A DNA stretch of 64,000 nucleotides, from contig OZ076413.1 of the NCBI GenBank assembly GCA_964187785.1, positions 49,788,001 to 49,852,000 of the forward strand. Reading direction: 5' to 3'. The translations under genes and the position numbers were made by a program. The DNA is from Amphiscolops sp. MND2022. Its lineage: Eukaryota. Of this stretch, positions 12,031 through 24,046 are shown in pieces. The notes below the pieces were generated by a model. The model searched no databases and was not told the DNA's origin. It saw nothing but the letters and a program-made list of their open reading frames with translations. How positions within the stretch are numbered: position 1 is the first letter of the stretch; each line of letters starts with the position of its first letter.

Positions 12031-13887
12031 TAAAATATGGAGTAATAAAGTGGAGTTTTGGCAGAATTTGTAAAAAAAACGCATCACAGATCATGATTTT
12101 CTTCCCCCATTTATGTGGGCGAAAAATAATAAATTGAAAAGAGCATCCTATCAGGACTTCTTCTGTTAATTCCATCAACTAATTTAATTCCCTCCCAAAT
12201 ATGCCGTTAAGTGAAATTATCATTGAATTAATAGTAAAAGCCAATCAACCTGCAGTAAAAATCCGCTGGTCGTAGTTACTGACTCAACTTGTTTTAATTT
12301 TCAACTCGATTTCGTTTGTGGACCATTGGACTCACTGGACGCAATATTCATTTTTGTAATAAAAATACGTAAAAGTCAATTTGGTACAAATGAATCGACG
12401 TCAGCTAGATCAGCTTACCTATTTTACGACAACTGTTCACTCTACCAACAAAGCTATCACACATGAAATTGCAATACCTCAAATTTCGCTATAATTAGTA
12501 TTTGAGAGATCGATAATGTAGTTGACAGCGTGAACAGTAGGAAAGTGATTAAGAGAGAGCGGAAGAATTTATTCTTTTGTTGCCCTCAGGATTTGAATTC
12601 TTTCTACCAAGCATCATGTCCATGTTCTTATTATTGGACCTCACGTCCATTTCTCTAGAACGTCTAGTTCAAACTTTTGTCTTCTTATTGCAGAAAGTAT
12701 TTGTGAGGAAAGAAGCCAACTACTTCCTTTATGGTAAAATAAAGTGAGTTTTACAATCGGTCAGAGTAATGGAGTTACAAATCAAATTGTGTCCCCGGGA
12801 CTAGGAGTCCCGAGTATTTATACTAAAATATGCATGACATACAAAAAATGGAAAGTCATGAAACTATTTTTAGAACACAATACCTAATAAAAGTGATGAA
12901 TGGTACAACGTGTCACTACAAATATCTGGTAACTAATTGTTCATGCAGCCTCACGGTCTACATCAATGTAATATTAATAACCGTAACGTGACTACATGTT
13001 ATTCTGGAGAATGAAAGAATACATGCACTTTTCATCTAGCATCATAACACTGGGCCATAAGGGCCACAAAATACATTCGTATATGCCATAACAGTGAAGA
13101 GTTTTAAACTCAATATTGGACATTTCACTTTTAAGGCGATACAAAAAGTGGTAAGGACATTTCGTCTAATTATGTTACTGCACGTGAATTCAATTATATG
13201 CCAATCTTAAGTTGGGACTACGTGTCCACTAGCCATAAGTGAGAGATTTATTTAGGTGGACTATGTCGGAAGCATGAAAAAAGGAAAGCCGAATGTTTTG
13301 CTGGCAATCAAACGATTTCGGCAACGACAAAAAATTCCAGATAAAATTTTGATGAAAATTGGAAGCTCCAAAAAGAGCGGACTGATTACAGTCTTTGAGA
13401 GGACCGTGCACATCGGTATACTCAATACTCGTGCTCAAGAAAGCATAATATGGCCAAGAAAGAAAACTAAAATCACTTAACAAGAAAATCGTATGAAGGT
13501 TCGGTCTAGGATGTGCTGCAAGCTGCACCCCTCGTGTGAAGTGTCAATGAACGGTTTCCTGATCATTAGAAATCACGAGGAGGGAAATTACGTACTGCAT
13601 CATGTAAAAAAATTACCGTATGTTAAAAATGGAACACGTACACGTTAGAACCTTCCCTCTTCAAAAACTGCACAACCAGAGTTCAACTGGGTTGATTTTT
13701 TTCAAATTCCTACATCCTCTCAGACAGAGTATTGAGCTTGTGAGGAGAGCCAAGCTGATCTTTGTGCAGATGTAGTCCAATAAAACGAAAGTGAGTTTCA
13801 GGAAAGAGAAATCAGTTCAACTATTGGACCCATTCTGTCCACGTTTCAAGCAGCCAAAATGGTAATAATAATTGAAACAAGACGCCC

Positions 13888-14066
13888 ACTCAGCACCGGG
13901 ATACTTTCCGCGACACGCTTATTGCAAAAAAAACGTATGGCGTAGGACAGGTTCGAACCCACGACCTACTGGCTGAGAAACAAAAAAAATTCAAGCACCA
14001 GCACGGGCTCAAACCTATGACCTCGTGTCTGCCAGGCAGACGCACTACCCACTGAGCCACGGTGAC
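13888..14066 (-). mobile_element. tRNA-derived SINE, duplicated copy
   Basis: Matches 11852-12030 within the tandem duplication. Confidence 0.65.
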
Positions 14067-16726
14067 TAAAATATGGAGTAATAAAGTGGAGTTTTGGCAG
14101 AATTTGTAAAAAAAACGCATCACAGATCATGATTTTCTTCCCCCATTTATGTGGGCGAAAAATAATAAATTGAAAAGAGCATCCTATCAGGACTTCTTCT
14201 GTTAATTCCATCAACTAATTTAATTCCCTCCCAAATATGCCGTTAAGTGAAATTATCATTGAATTAATAGTAAAAGCCAATCAACCTGCAGTAAAAATCC
14301 GCTGGTCGTATTTACTGACTCAACTTGTTTTAATTTTCAACTCGATTTCGTTTGTGGACCATTGGACTCACTGGACGCAATATTCATTTTTGTAATAAAA
14401 ATACGTAAAAGTCAATTTGGTACAAATGAATCGACGTCAGCTAGATCAGCTTACCTATTTTACGACAACTGTTCACTCTACCAACAAAGCTATCACACAT
14501 GAAATTGCAATACCTGAAGTTTCGCTATAATTAGTATTTGAGAGATCGATAATGTAGTTGACAGCGTGAACAGTAGGAAAGTGATTAAGAGAGAGTGGAA
14601 GAATTTATTCTTTTGTTGCCCTCAGGCGTACAAATTACAAAAGAAACACGACACAAAAGTGTAGATTTATATAATCTGGTCAGCACCAGCATTTCATGTT
14701 GTTCTGCATGGAGCCGAAAGGTTTTGGTTCTTTTCTGTTTCCCCACCATCAAAAAATTTTTTAAAAAATTAGTGAAAATCTTTTAACAAAAAGACTTGAA
14801 TACAAACCAGAAAGCTTCAAATTTAGATTTATTCTTAGTGTGACAGATTAGGATTCAGATATAAACTTCACGTTTTTTCAATATGTAGTCACGCATTTTT
14901 GATGAAGAAATCAACAGTTTCCTGGTTTGAGTAATCAATAAACACTTAATACGAACATAATTATAGTATAGATTAAATAAAATCTCGAGTTTCCTTTCTA
15001 TAGAATTTGAATTGTTTCTACCAAGCATCATGTCCATGTTCTTATTATTGGACCTAACGTCCATTTCTCTAGAACGTCTAGTTCAACCTTTTGTCTTCTT
15101 ATTGCAGAAAGTATTTGTGAGGAAAGAAGCCAACTACTTCCTTTATGGTAAAATAAAGTGAGTTTTACAATCGGTCAGAGTAATGGAGTTACAAATCAAA
15201 TTGTGTCCCCGGGACTAGGAGTCCCGAGTATTTATACTAAAATATGCATGACATACAAAATATGGAAAGTCATGAAACTATTTTTAGAACACAATACCTA
15301 ATAAAAGTGATGAATGGTACAACGTGTCACTACAAATATCTGGTAACTAATTGTTCATGCAGCCTCACGGTCTACATCAATGTAATATTAATAACCGTAA
15401 CGTGACTACATGTTATTCTGGAGAATGAAAGAATACATGCACTTTTCATCTAGCATCATAACACTGGGCCATAAGGGCCACAAAATACATTCGTATATGC
15501 CATAACAGTGAAGAGTTTTAAACTCAACATTGGACATTTCACTTTTAAGGCGATACAAAAAGTGGGAAGGACATTTCGTCTAATTATGTTACTGCACGTG
15601 AATTCAATTATATGCCAATCTTAAGTTGGGACTACGTGTCCACTAGCCATAAGTGAGAGATTTATTTAGGTGGACAGCCGTGAATGACTTCTGAATGAAA
15701 GTTAACAGCACTTAAAATATAAATAGGGACTCAATGTCCACTCATCATAATTAGATGATGACGTAAGGCGAGTGGCGTTGGTGGCTTTTAAATAATAGCA
15801 CTGAGCCAAATAGAAGCACCTGATTGGCTGAGCATGAATTTGTACAGCGCCTCCAAGGCGACATGGTTACATAACATTTCATGGATTTTCATTTTTAAAC
15901 ACAATTTACATGAAAATCAACTCATATTAAAATTCATGTATGTTTAGAACAGCGTCTTGGATATAAAGGAGACTACTAGTACAATGCCCGTTTAAAAATT
16001 AAAGTCCAATTTACTACTAAATAGCGCTTGTAATCAAAGCAATATACTGCAAATTGCGCCTCTAATTTAAATTGGGACTCAGTGTCCGTTCATCGTAGTA
16101 AGCATCAATTTACTTGTTGACAAGCGGCATATGGCCATCGTGTCCATTAATTGAAAGCACTAACTGAGAGCACTGAGATTAATACTGCAATTATGTAACG
16201 CGCTTTGTGATTGGTCGGAAGGCCTAACGCGGCTACAATGACTGAATCGCACAGGCAGGCAATCAAGTATAAAATATAATAAGATCACAGGTGACAGCCT
16301 GGGACAAAAAGACGTTAACTTCCCATTATGAAAAAAGGGTTTATTTTAAATTAGGCTAGTCTAAAGTTTTTGAGGAAATTGAATTCCAAAAATTTAGGTG
16401 GTGGGGGGAAACAGAAAAGAGCCAAGGTTTTTAGATACCCACTTTCACGGATATCATCAGCTGGTCAAGCTTCATTAGATTCGGGTATATGTAAACAAAA
16501 TCTGGTAAACGTTTCTCGCGTTCACTCCTAGTTCTTTTTTCGCAACTAAAAGTAGGTGATATTCGTCTGCTTCGCACAATTCGTTACAGTCAATGGATGA
16601 CGTTGAGTTTCATTTCATTTCTAGGTTAAAATAATGTTGCACATCGGAATTGTGTCCAACTAATCGTATATCTACCTTGAAAACAATAATATTGTTTGTT
16701 TTGCGAGTCAAATATTCTGAGACTAA

Positions 16727-16927
16727 AGTAGTATGGGAAATCCCTAGACGGGCCACAAAAACCCCAAAAATTAAAAGTCCTCAAAACCATTGATTTTAAG
16801 TACTTTTAGAAAACATATCATTAAAATCAGTGGTTTTTTGATTCGGGCCACAAAAACCCCAAAATTAAAAGTCCGCGAAGCTACGCCTAAACCATTGATT
16901 TTAAGCAGTTTAAAAACAATGGTTTTT
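16727..16927 (+). repeat. Left terminal inverted repeat of the Polinton
   Basis: Reverse complement of 30149-30349 with about 4 mismatches counted by eye. Confidence 0.95.
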
Positions 16928-17006
16928 CGATTCGGGCCAACCAACAAAAAATTTCATGTGGGCATGCCTATGAGTTTTGTATTTTTAAACTTTTTCAACC
17001 TAATAA

Positions 17007-17813
17007 ATGTATGAAACTCCATCTCTTCATAAGTTTGGTTATTCTAGTGAACAGCTAAAACTGAGGGAATATCAGGAGCTAAAAGATATGATAAAAAGTC
17101 AAGAAAAATTAGCCCAAATAACCCATTCCAAATTAAAAGAATATTTGCAACGCGATTTTGAAAATGACATAGAAAATCAAGTAGAAGAAAAAATGCTAGA
17201 CGCGAAGCCACACCAAACACTAGACCCACAGGAAATTCAAAATGTTTTATTAAACACAAAGTTAATGAATGATATTTATTCCCAGTTTTCAGACCTTTCA
17301 AAAACCATAAATAAATTAGAACAAAATATGAAGAAATCTTCCGCCGAACAAAGAACTGCTTTAGTGAATGAAGTACTAAATTTAATACACAACAATAGTT
17401 TTGAAATGTTAACAGTCCGTAACTTAAAATTTATGAGTCAGGTGGGTCAAGCTGGAATGATTTTAAATGAAGATGAAATAATCAATATTCTTAATAGCCT
17501 AGATCAAAATAAAGTTACTATAACTAACAACATAATTCAACTACATTTTGACAAAGGTTTGTTTGATTCTTTTCCCAATAAAGATCAAACTTTTGCAAAC
17601 TATCTAACTTTCAGTGAAACAAACCTCTTGGAAAAGTATGGAAAAACAATACTTACTTCAGATGGTGAATATTATCTGTCTGATTTAGAGTATTCTACCA
17701 GACAATCAATTCTGGATTCATTGAAAAAAGATTCCTATAAAGACCTTGTTGATATGAAACACAGAATGAAATTAACACCAACGGAAACAAATTTCATTTT
17801 ATATGATTATTAA
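17007..17813 (+). CDS. Polinton ORF1, hypothetical protein (268 aa, coiled-coil-like N-terminus)
   Basis: Intact ORF that starts at TAAATG. Its stop overlaps the next gene's TAAATG. No DDE integrase or tyrosine-recombinase motifs were recognised. Confidence 0.8.
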   Translation: MYETPSLHKFGYSSEQLKLREYQELKDMIKSQEKLAQITHSKLKEYLQRDFENDIENQVEEKMLDAKPHQTLDPQEIQNVLLNTKLMNDIYSQFSDLSKTINKLEQNMKKSSAEQRTALVNEVLNLIHNNSFEMLTVRNLKFMSQVGQAGMILNEDEIINILNSLDQNKVTITNNIIQLHFDKGLFDSFPNKDQTFANYLTFSETNLLEKYGKTILTSDGEYYLSDLEYSTRQSILDSLKKDSYKDLVDMKHRMKLTPTETNFILYDY

Positions 17814-18482
17814 ATGGAACAAAAACTCTATCCCTCCCTGACCCCAACGGCTCCCCCCTCCGCACCATTAGATGTAGAATCAATGATAAATAAGCGATTG
17901 CAAAGCGCGTTGCAAAACGAATTACAAAAAGTAAATAGCTTCAATAATTCTATTCAAAACAATAGTCTAATGATGAAATATTATGAATTGGAAGAAAAGA
18001 AATCTAAGAAAAAATACACCAAATACAAGCTAATAAATAACCTAATTAACTCCCTCGATGGCATTATAGTGATTGGAACAACTTCAGCATCAATCTCACT
18101 AAGTATTACTGGTGTGGGCATAATAGTTGTTCCAATCACTGCAGGAGTTGGTTGTGCAATTGGTATTCTTGTTAAAGTTTGTTCCAGTTATTTGAAGAAA
18201 AAGGAGCAAAATTATAAACTTAAGTACACTATTATTCAGAAGACTCTTGACGATTTTAGACAACTTTATGTCACTAGCCTAAAAGATAATCATATAGATG
18301 AAAAAGAATATCACCGATTTGTGACTCAATTTGAAAATTATCAGGTAGCTTCGCGCGCGACAGCTAACACAGCTTCACACACAAAATCACATACAAAATC
18401 ACAAGTAGCTTCACACGCGACAGCTAACGTAGCTTCACACACACCACCAACAATACCACTTAAACCACACAATTTTTTATAA
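17814..18482 (+). CDS. Polinton membrane protein with N-terminal late-domain motifs
   Basis: LYPSL, PTAP and PSAP in residues 5-18; a coiled coil; a Gly-rich hydrophobic hairpin GIIVIGTTSASISLSITGVGIIVVPITAGVGCAIGILV. Confidence 0.8.
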   Translation: MEQKLYPSLTPTAPPSAPLDVESMINKRLQSALQNELQKVNSFNNSIQNNSLMMKYYELEEKKSKKKYTKYKLINNLINSLDGIIVIGTTSASISLSITGVGIIVVPITAGVGCAIGILVKVCSSYLKKKEQNYKLKYTIIQKTLDDFRQLYVTSLKDNHIDEKEYHRFVTQFENYQVASRATANTASHTKSHTKSQVASHATANVASHTPPTIPLKPHNFL

Positions 18483-18582
18483 TTATTTTATTCAATTTTA
18501 ACATAAAAATTAACACTAATAATTGAAAAATATACTATTGAAAAAAATACTGCTATTAAATTCATAAATTTGAAATAAATAA

Positions 18583-21500
18583 ATGGAGAACTGCAGTATT
18601 TGTAAATCTGATTATAAAAAAGCTTACAAGTCTGATCATCTAAAATCAATAAAACATTTACAAAAATTGAATCATTATTATTGTAAAAAATGTAATACAT
18701 TTATGCCATTGTCTGACAAGTCTAATCATCTAAAGTCAGATGAACATAAAAACAAAACCAAACAACAACGCGAAGCTACACAAATTTGGTGTGAAGATTG
18801 TGGTAAACATATAAGTAATTCAAGACATTTCTAAAGTGAAATTCACACGTTAAGAAGTCGAAACAACGCTACAAAAAACACAATTGGTAATACACTACAT
18901 GGAGTAGAAATAATTGTGAATGAAAAAACATACATTAAACTGAGAGTAAATCCAACAAATCATCTTGAAGAACAGAATAATGATTTACTAAATAAAACTT
19001 ACTTTCCCCGATACAAGTTCCAATTGAGGTATTTAGCTAAGTTTTCGAAATACATCAAGGGAGAAGAAGCTGTATTTCACAAATGGGTTAAATCAGATTT
19101 TACTTACAATCACACGCAGATTGCCTTCGGCACAAACCTAAATGTTCATAATTCATTAATGCAGAAATTAGATTATGAACAATTAGAAGGATCAGGTTTT
19201 GTGTTAAATGGTATTGTCAATGTTATATTAGAAATTTATAAAGTTGATGATATTCAAGCTTCTTCGTGGGTTGAGTTGCCAGAAAAATATAACAATAATA
19301 AATCAATTATAAATATAAAAAATGATGATCAATTTTGCTTTTTGTGGTGCATCATAGCACACCTTGTTCCCGTTGAGGATCATAAAAATAGAACATCAAG
19401 TTATTCAATACACACGAACAAACTCATTTTAAATGGTTTAGAATTCCCCATGAAAATTAAAGATATTCCCAAGTTCGAAAACCTAAATAATTTAAACGTA
19501 AATGTTTTTGAACTCACGGTAGCAGTTTTAACACCAATTCATATTAACAAAAATTACTTACAATCACAAATTGACTTGCTGCTATTTGAAAATCATTATT
19601 GCTTAATAACAAAATTGCATTGCCTACTAAATAAGGATTCACACATGAAATGGGTGTGTAGAAGATGTCTAACTGCATTTAGTTCTGAGGATATTCTCAA
19701 TCAACACATTGACCGTTGTCAAAAACAACAACCAACTAATATCACATTCAGTTGGGAGGATCACTTAAAGTTCGAAGATTATCATATGAAAGTTCCCGTA
19801 CCAATAAGAGTATATGCAGATATCGAATGTATTAACCTGAAGTCAGATATCCCCAAAGTATTATATAAACAAATTCCAATTGCAGTAGGATTTTATTTAA
19901 TTTCACCATTTGGTAATAATTACAGCTCATACTTTGGTGAATCGTGTGTAACATGGTTTGTAAATGAAATGTTGACTTTAGAAAAAATTGCAAATATTTA
20001 TTTCGAAACTAATATTCCTCTTGAAATAACCCCCGAAGAAGAAGAATCATTTCAACAATCCAAAGTGTGTTGGCTTTGTGAACGAGGGTTACACGGTGAT
20101 ACCGAAGGTGCTTCGCAAAAAGTTAGAGACCACGATCACCTTACAGGTAAGTAACGAGGAGCGGCCCACAACAGGTGTAATTTAAATTGTAAAAAAAGGC
20201 AAGTTCATTTATTCCGACATTTTGCCACAATTTTAGTGGTTATGATTGTCATCTCATATTTTAAGAACTCTTAACACAAGCTTACAAAATGGGGTGTGAA
20301 CCAAAAATAATCCCAAAGTCAATGGAAACATATGTAAGTGTGGAAGTAGGTTGTTTAAGGTTTTTAGACTCATACCGTTTTCTAAATATTAGTTTGGACA
20401 AACTAATTAAGAGTATGCAAAGCTCTGCAAACACTTTCCCACTAATGGATGAAAATGAAGTTGATGATGAATTGTTTAAAAAGAAATTGGCGTATCCTTA
20501 TGAATACCTCAATCTAAGTAATATCCAAGAACCCTTAAATCTAAGTCCAGAAGACTTCTGGTCAACACTAAAACAAACAACTCCAAGTCTTGAAGAAAGT
20601 AACCGAACACAAGAAATTATTAAAAATATGATTTAAAGAACGGACAAGAATTAACAGAATTATACCTCAAAATGGATGTTCTACAACTCACTGATGTGAT
20701 GGAGAACTTTGTTGAGAAGTCTACACTTGAATACGGCATCAATCCTTTGTACGGTTACTCTTTACCTGGTTATACATGGAAAGCTGGTTCAAAACCTACT
20801 AAAATTAAATTAGATTTCATAAAAGACAAACAGTTATTATTACTACTTGAAAGTAATATTCGTGGAGGATTTTCAAGTGTAATGGGACCTCGTTACATTG
20901 AGTCAAATGAAAATACGAAACTTTTGTACATTGATGCAAATAATCTTTATGGATGGGCAATGAGTCAATACCATCCTACTGGAGACTTTAAAAAGATGAA
21001 CCTCTGTTGTGGCGAAGCTATGCAATATGATTCTGCACTGATGAATGAAATTAAAGAAGACATTTTGAATACGCCAGATGACAATGAATTTGGATACTTT
21101 ATAGAATGTGATTTAGAATATCCAGCAGAAATTAAAGAAAAAACCGAAAACTTTCCACTTTGTCCTTATCAAACAAAAGCAGATCCAGAGTGTTTCTCAG
21201 AATACATGAAGAGTGTAAAACAACCCAACTACAAACCAACCGAAAAATTTATGTGTGACCTGACAAACAAATATAATTAAATGATGCACTACAGGATGTT
21301 CAAGTTTTACACGAATTTGGGGATGAAAGTAACAAAGATTCACATGATTTACAGATTCAAACAATCACTTTGGTTAGAAAAATACATTAATCATAACACA
21401 CAAAAACGCACCGAAGCAAAAACAAACTTTGAAAAAGACCTGTACAAAGTAATGAATAACGCTTTCTTTGGCAAGACTATGGAAAATGTAAGAGAAAGAG

Positions 21501-22417
21501 TATTAGAGATTATAACTTAGAGATTATACCCACACCAATATTGATCAAATAATAAAAAGACAATCGAAGTTAAGCTTTAAAGGTATTGTAAATCTTTACT
21601 CCGAATTCAGTGTTTACAAGTTTGATAAAGAAAAGACTGTCTTTGATAAACCAATTTATTTGGGTTTTAGTGTTTTAGAACTGAGTAAATTGTTAATGTA
21701 TGAGTTTTATTATCACAAATTAAAACCAAACTACAACTGCTCAGTCAAACTGCATTACATGGATACAGACTCATTCATTCTAAGTATTAAAACTGGAGAC
21801 CTTATAAATGATTTGGAATACTTCAAAGATGATTTTGATTTCAGCGAGCTTGATGAAAATCATGAGTTGTACAATTCTATTAACAAGAAAGTTATAGGTA
21901 AAACGAAAATAGAAACATCACCATTTATTGAATTAGACAACTTCATAGCTTTGAGATCTAAATCATATTCTTTTAGCTACAAAATTGCACTAGCACAGTT
22001 CAGAAATCAAAACAAAAAGGAATACAACATACATCAATTTGTTCACAATTTATGAATTCACTCTTTAATTCTGAAACAACAACTGCAACTAATTATTCTA
22101 TTCGTTCAAATGCTCACAACCTAACTGTTCAGAAACAAGATAAGCTAGCTTTGAATCCTTTTGATGACAAGCGTGTGTACTTAAATCCAATACAAAGTTT
22201 ATCATGGGATAAACACGTACAAAGTGGTGATTGTCCTCGTATATATTGTTTGAAATTAGTTGGTTTGTATTACACCGAGCTGAGCACAAGGGATGGCACA
22301 AGCCCTGCAAAGCCCCTCCCAGATGAAGAAATATATTATAACATTTGAACTCTGAAAGATAAATTGAATTATCAAGACCTTTTAAATCTGATAAGTGATC
22401 GGGCCCACTTATTGTGA
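18583..22417 (+). pseudogene. polB: Protein-primed family B DNA polymerase (pPolB), disrupted by stops and frameshifts
   Basis: N-terminal zinc fingers; LEGSG; DQFCFLWC...NHY (OTU-like); VYADIE (Exo I); DHDHLTGK*RGAAH..CN (endonuclease VII-like); HNFSGYD (Exo II); FLDSYRF; YIDANNLYG (motif A); KVMNNAFFGK (motif B); YMDTDS (motif C). Confidence 0.95.
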
Positions 22418-22672
22418 TAACTAACGTGATAACTAACGTGATAACTGGCGTGACGCGTAGCTTCGCGATAGCTTTCGCGCTAGCTCTCGCACACACACTA
22501 ATTATAATTATACTATGATCATTTATTATCATCATTTATTATCATTTACATCATCATTTATTATCATCATTTATTATCAGCATTAATTATCATCATTTAC
22601 TATTTTAACATTACGATAGTTATCACGTTAGTTAACACATTATAATTCATCATTCATGGAATAAATATCCTA

Positions 22673-23935
22673 TCATATCAAATCAAAATGCCTTTTCCCA
22701 TCACTACTAATACTTATTAGTTTTGGGGTTAGAACTAAGGCATAAGCAATGAACTCATCTACACCTAAAGCAGCATTAAATTTAAATTCTAAACGGATTG
22801 GTTGACTCGCAATTTGATCTTTTTGTTTGCTTAGGTCAAATACATAAAAATTATAATTTGTTCTGAATTTGTTCAAATCAATAAATGGATTGATTAAGCT
22901 AGTTTCAGAATGTAAGTGATTAAAGTTTTCAGTTTCACTGTATGCTTGATCATATTTGTCGCGGTCGTAGTCACATTTTATCCCTTCATCGGGATATTTA
23001 TCTGATCCTATTTTACAAACAGCATTACTAATTGGCAACCGGTCAAACACTGCATTATCATGAACCTGAGTATCAATTTTATTTCTAGCTTGAAATCCAA
23101 CAATCACAAAAGTTGGACAGGACTCACTACTGCCGCGACAGCTTCCGCCTGCGTTGCCTAATTCAAATTTCCACGAACTATTCGTGTTAACATCTTTTCT
23201 AAAAATAATTCAATCCGTGTAACTCAATTCGGTTGGATCTTTATTTAGAATTTGGTCCATGACAAGTTGTTGGTTTTCGATACTAGGAACATAGTGTGGA
23301 ATATACCAACTAATGTCTTTAATAACCACTTTTGCAGCATCCACTCCAACACTTCTTAAAATCGCGTCTTTGTTAGTGTTCCGTTTGAGTGTAAGAGTGT
23401 AGCCCAACCCATAAGTTATTTTTTCTTGATCAGCAAATCCAAACAAGTCTTTTAGTTTTATTCTCACAAAAAAGGTTCCTTTCTCATTTTTGTTGTTTGT
23501 TAGTTCTTGTCTTCTGACAACAGTACTTTCTTCAAACCCATACAATAACTGGGAAGTTTGACTAGTGCTTGTTAGAAGTTTATACATTAAAGAAATCAAG
23601 TGCAAATTGTCAACTTTTTCCAGGTGTTTCCCACTAGAAGTTGTTAATTTGGCTTCACTAAACAGAGAGATTGGCCCAAAGTTAACCAAGATTATTTCAT
23701 CGCCGTTGGTGTATCTTGTATTATTGTTTTTAAGTACTTCAAATTCTAGACTTATGGAACTATTTTGTGAACATATGTATGCATCTTCTCTTGGCAAACT
23801 GATACTTACATTCGAGTTTGCGTTATTGACTGTCGCTAAACTACTCGGACTATACTTTATGAAATCAATTTTATGAATAGGTTTTTCAAGAGTGTATTTA
23901 TTTTTTAAAGAAAACATTGTATCATTGCTATTCAT
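22673..23935 (-). pseudogene. Major capsid protein (double jelly-roll), about 420 aa, one nonsense codon at 23210-23212
   Basis: ORFs 23210-23935 and 22673-23107 are in the same frame. Beta-rich sequence with Polinton MCP-like motifs PTFVIVGFQ, IGSDKYP, FYVFDLS and IRLEFKF. Confidence 0.8.
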
Positions 23936-24046
23936 TTAAAATAAAAAATCTATTACAAAAGCTCCGCGAAAGCTCCGCGAAAGCTCCGCGAAAGCCTTGT
24001 TTCACCTTTTAATTCATGTTCATATATAACAATTTTTTATAAATAA

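Larger units (their letters stand above)
11223..15675. repeat. Direct tandem duplication: copy 1 at 11223-13261, copy 2 at 13259-15675
   Basis: Near-identical copies offset by 2036 bp, with junction microhomology GAC. Copy 2 has 378 extra bp (14627-15004). Confidence 0.95.

Noticed and set aside
14720..16430. Inverted match (TCTTTTCTGTTTCCCCACC versus GGTGGGGGGAAACAGAAAAGA) as TIRs of a 1.7-kb transposon
   Set aside because: The match is short and imperfect, and I could not fix the ends or a TSD.
16790..17014. ORFs 16790-17014, 30062-30343 and 30081-30386 as genes
   Set aside because: They are translations of the TIRs and lack the TAAATG start used by the real genes.
21278..21283. TAAATG inside pPolB as another gene start
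   Set aside because: The TAA is an in-frame nonsense change within the continuous polymerase domain, so it was not counted.
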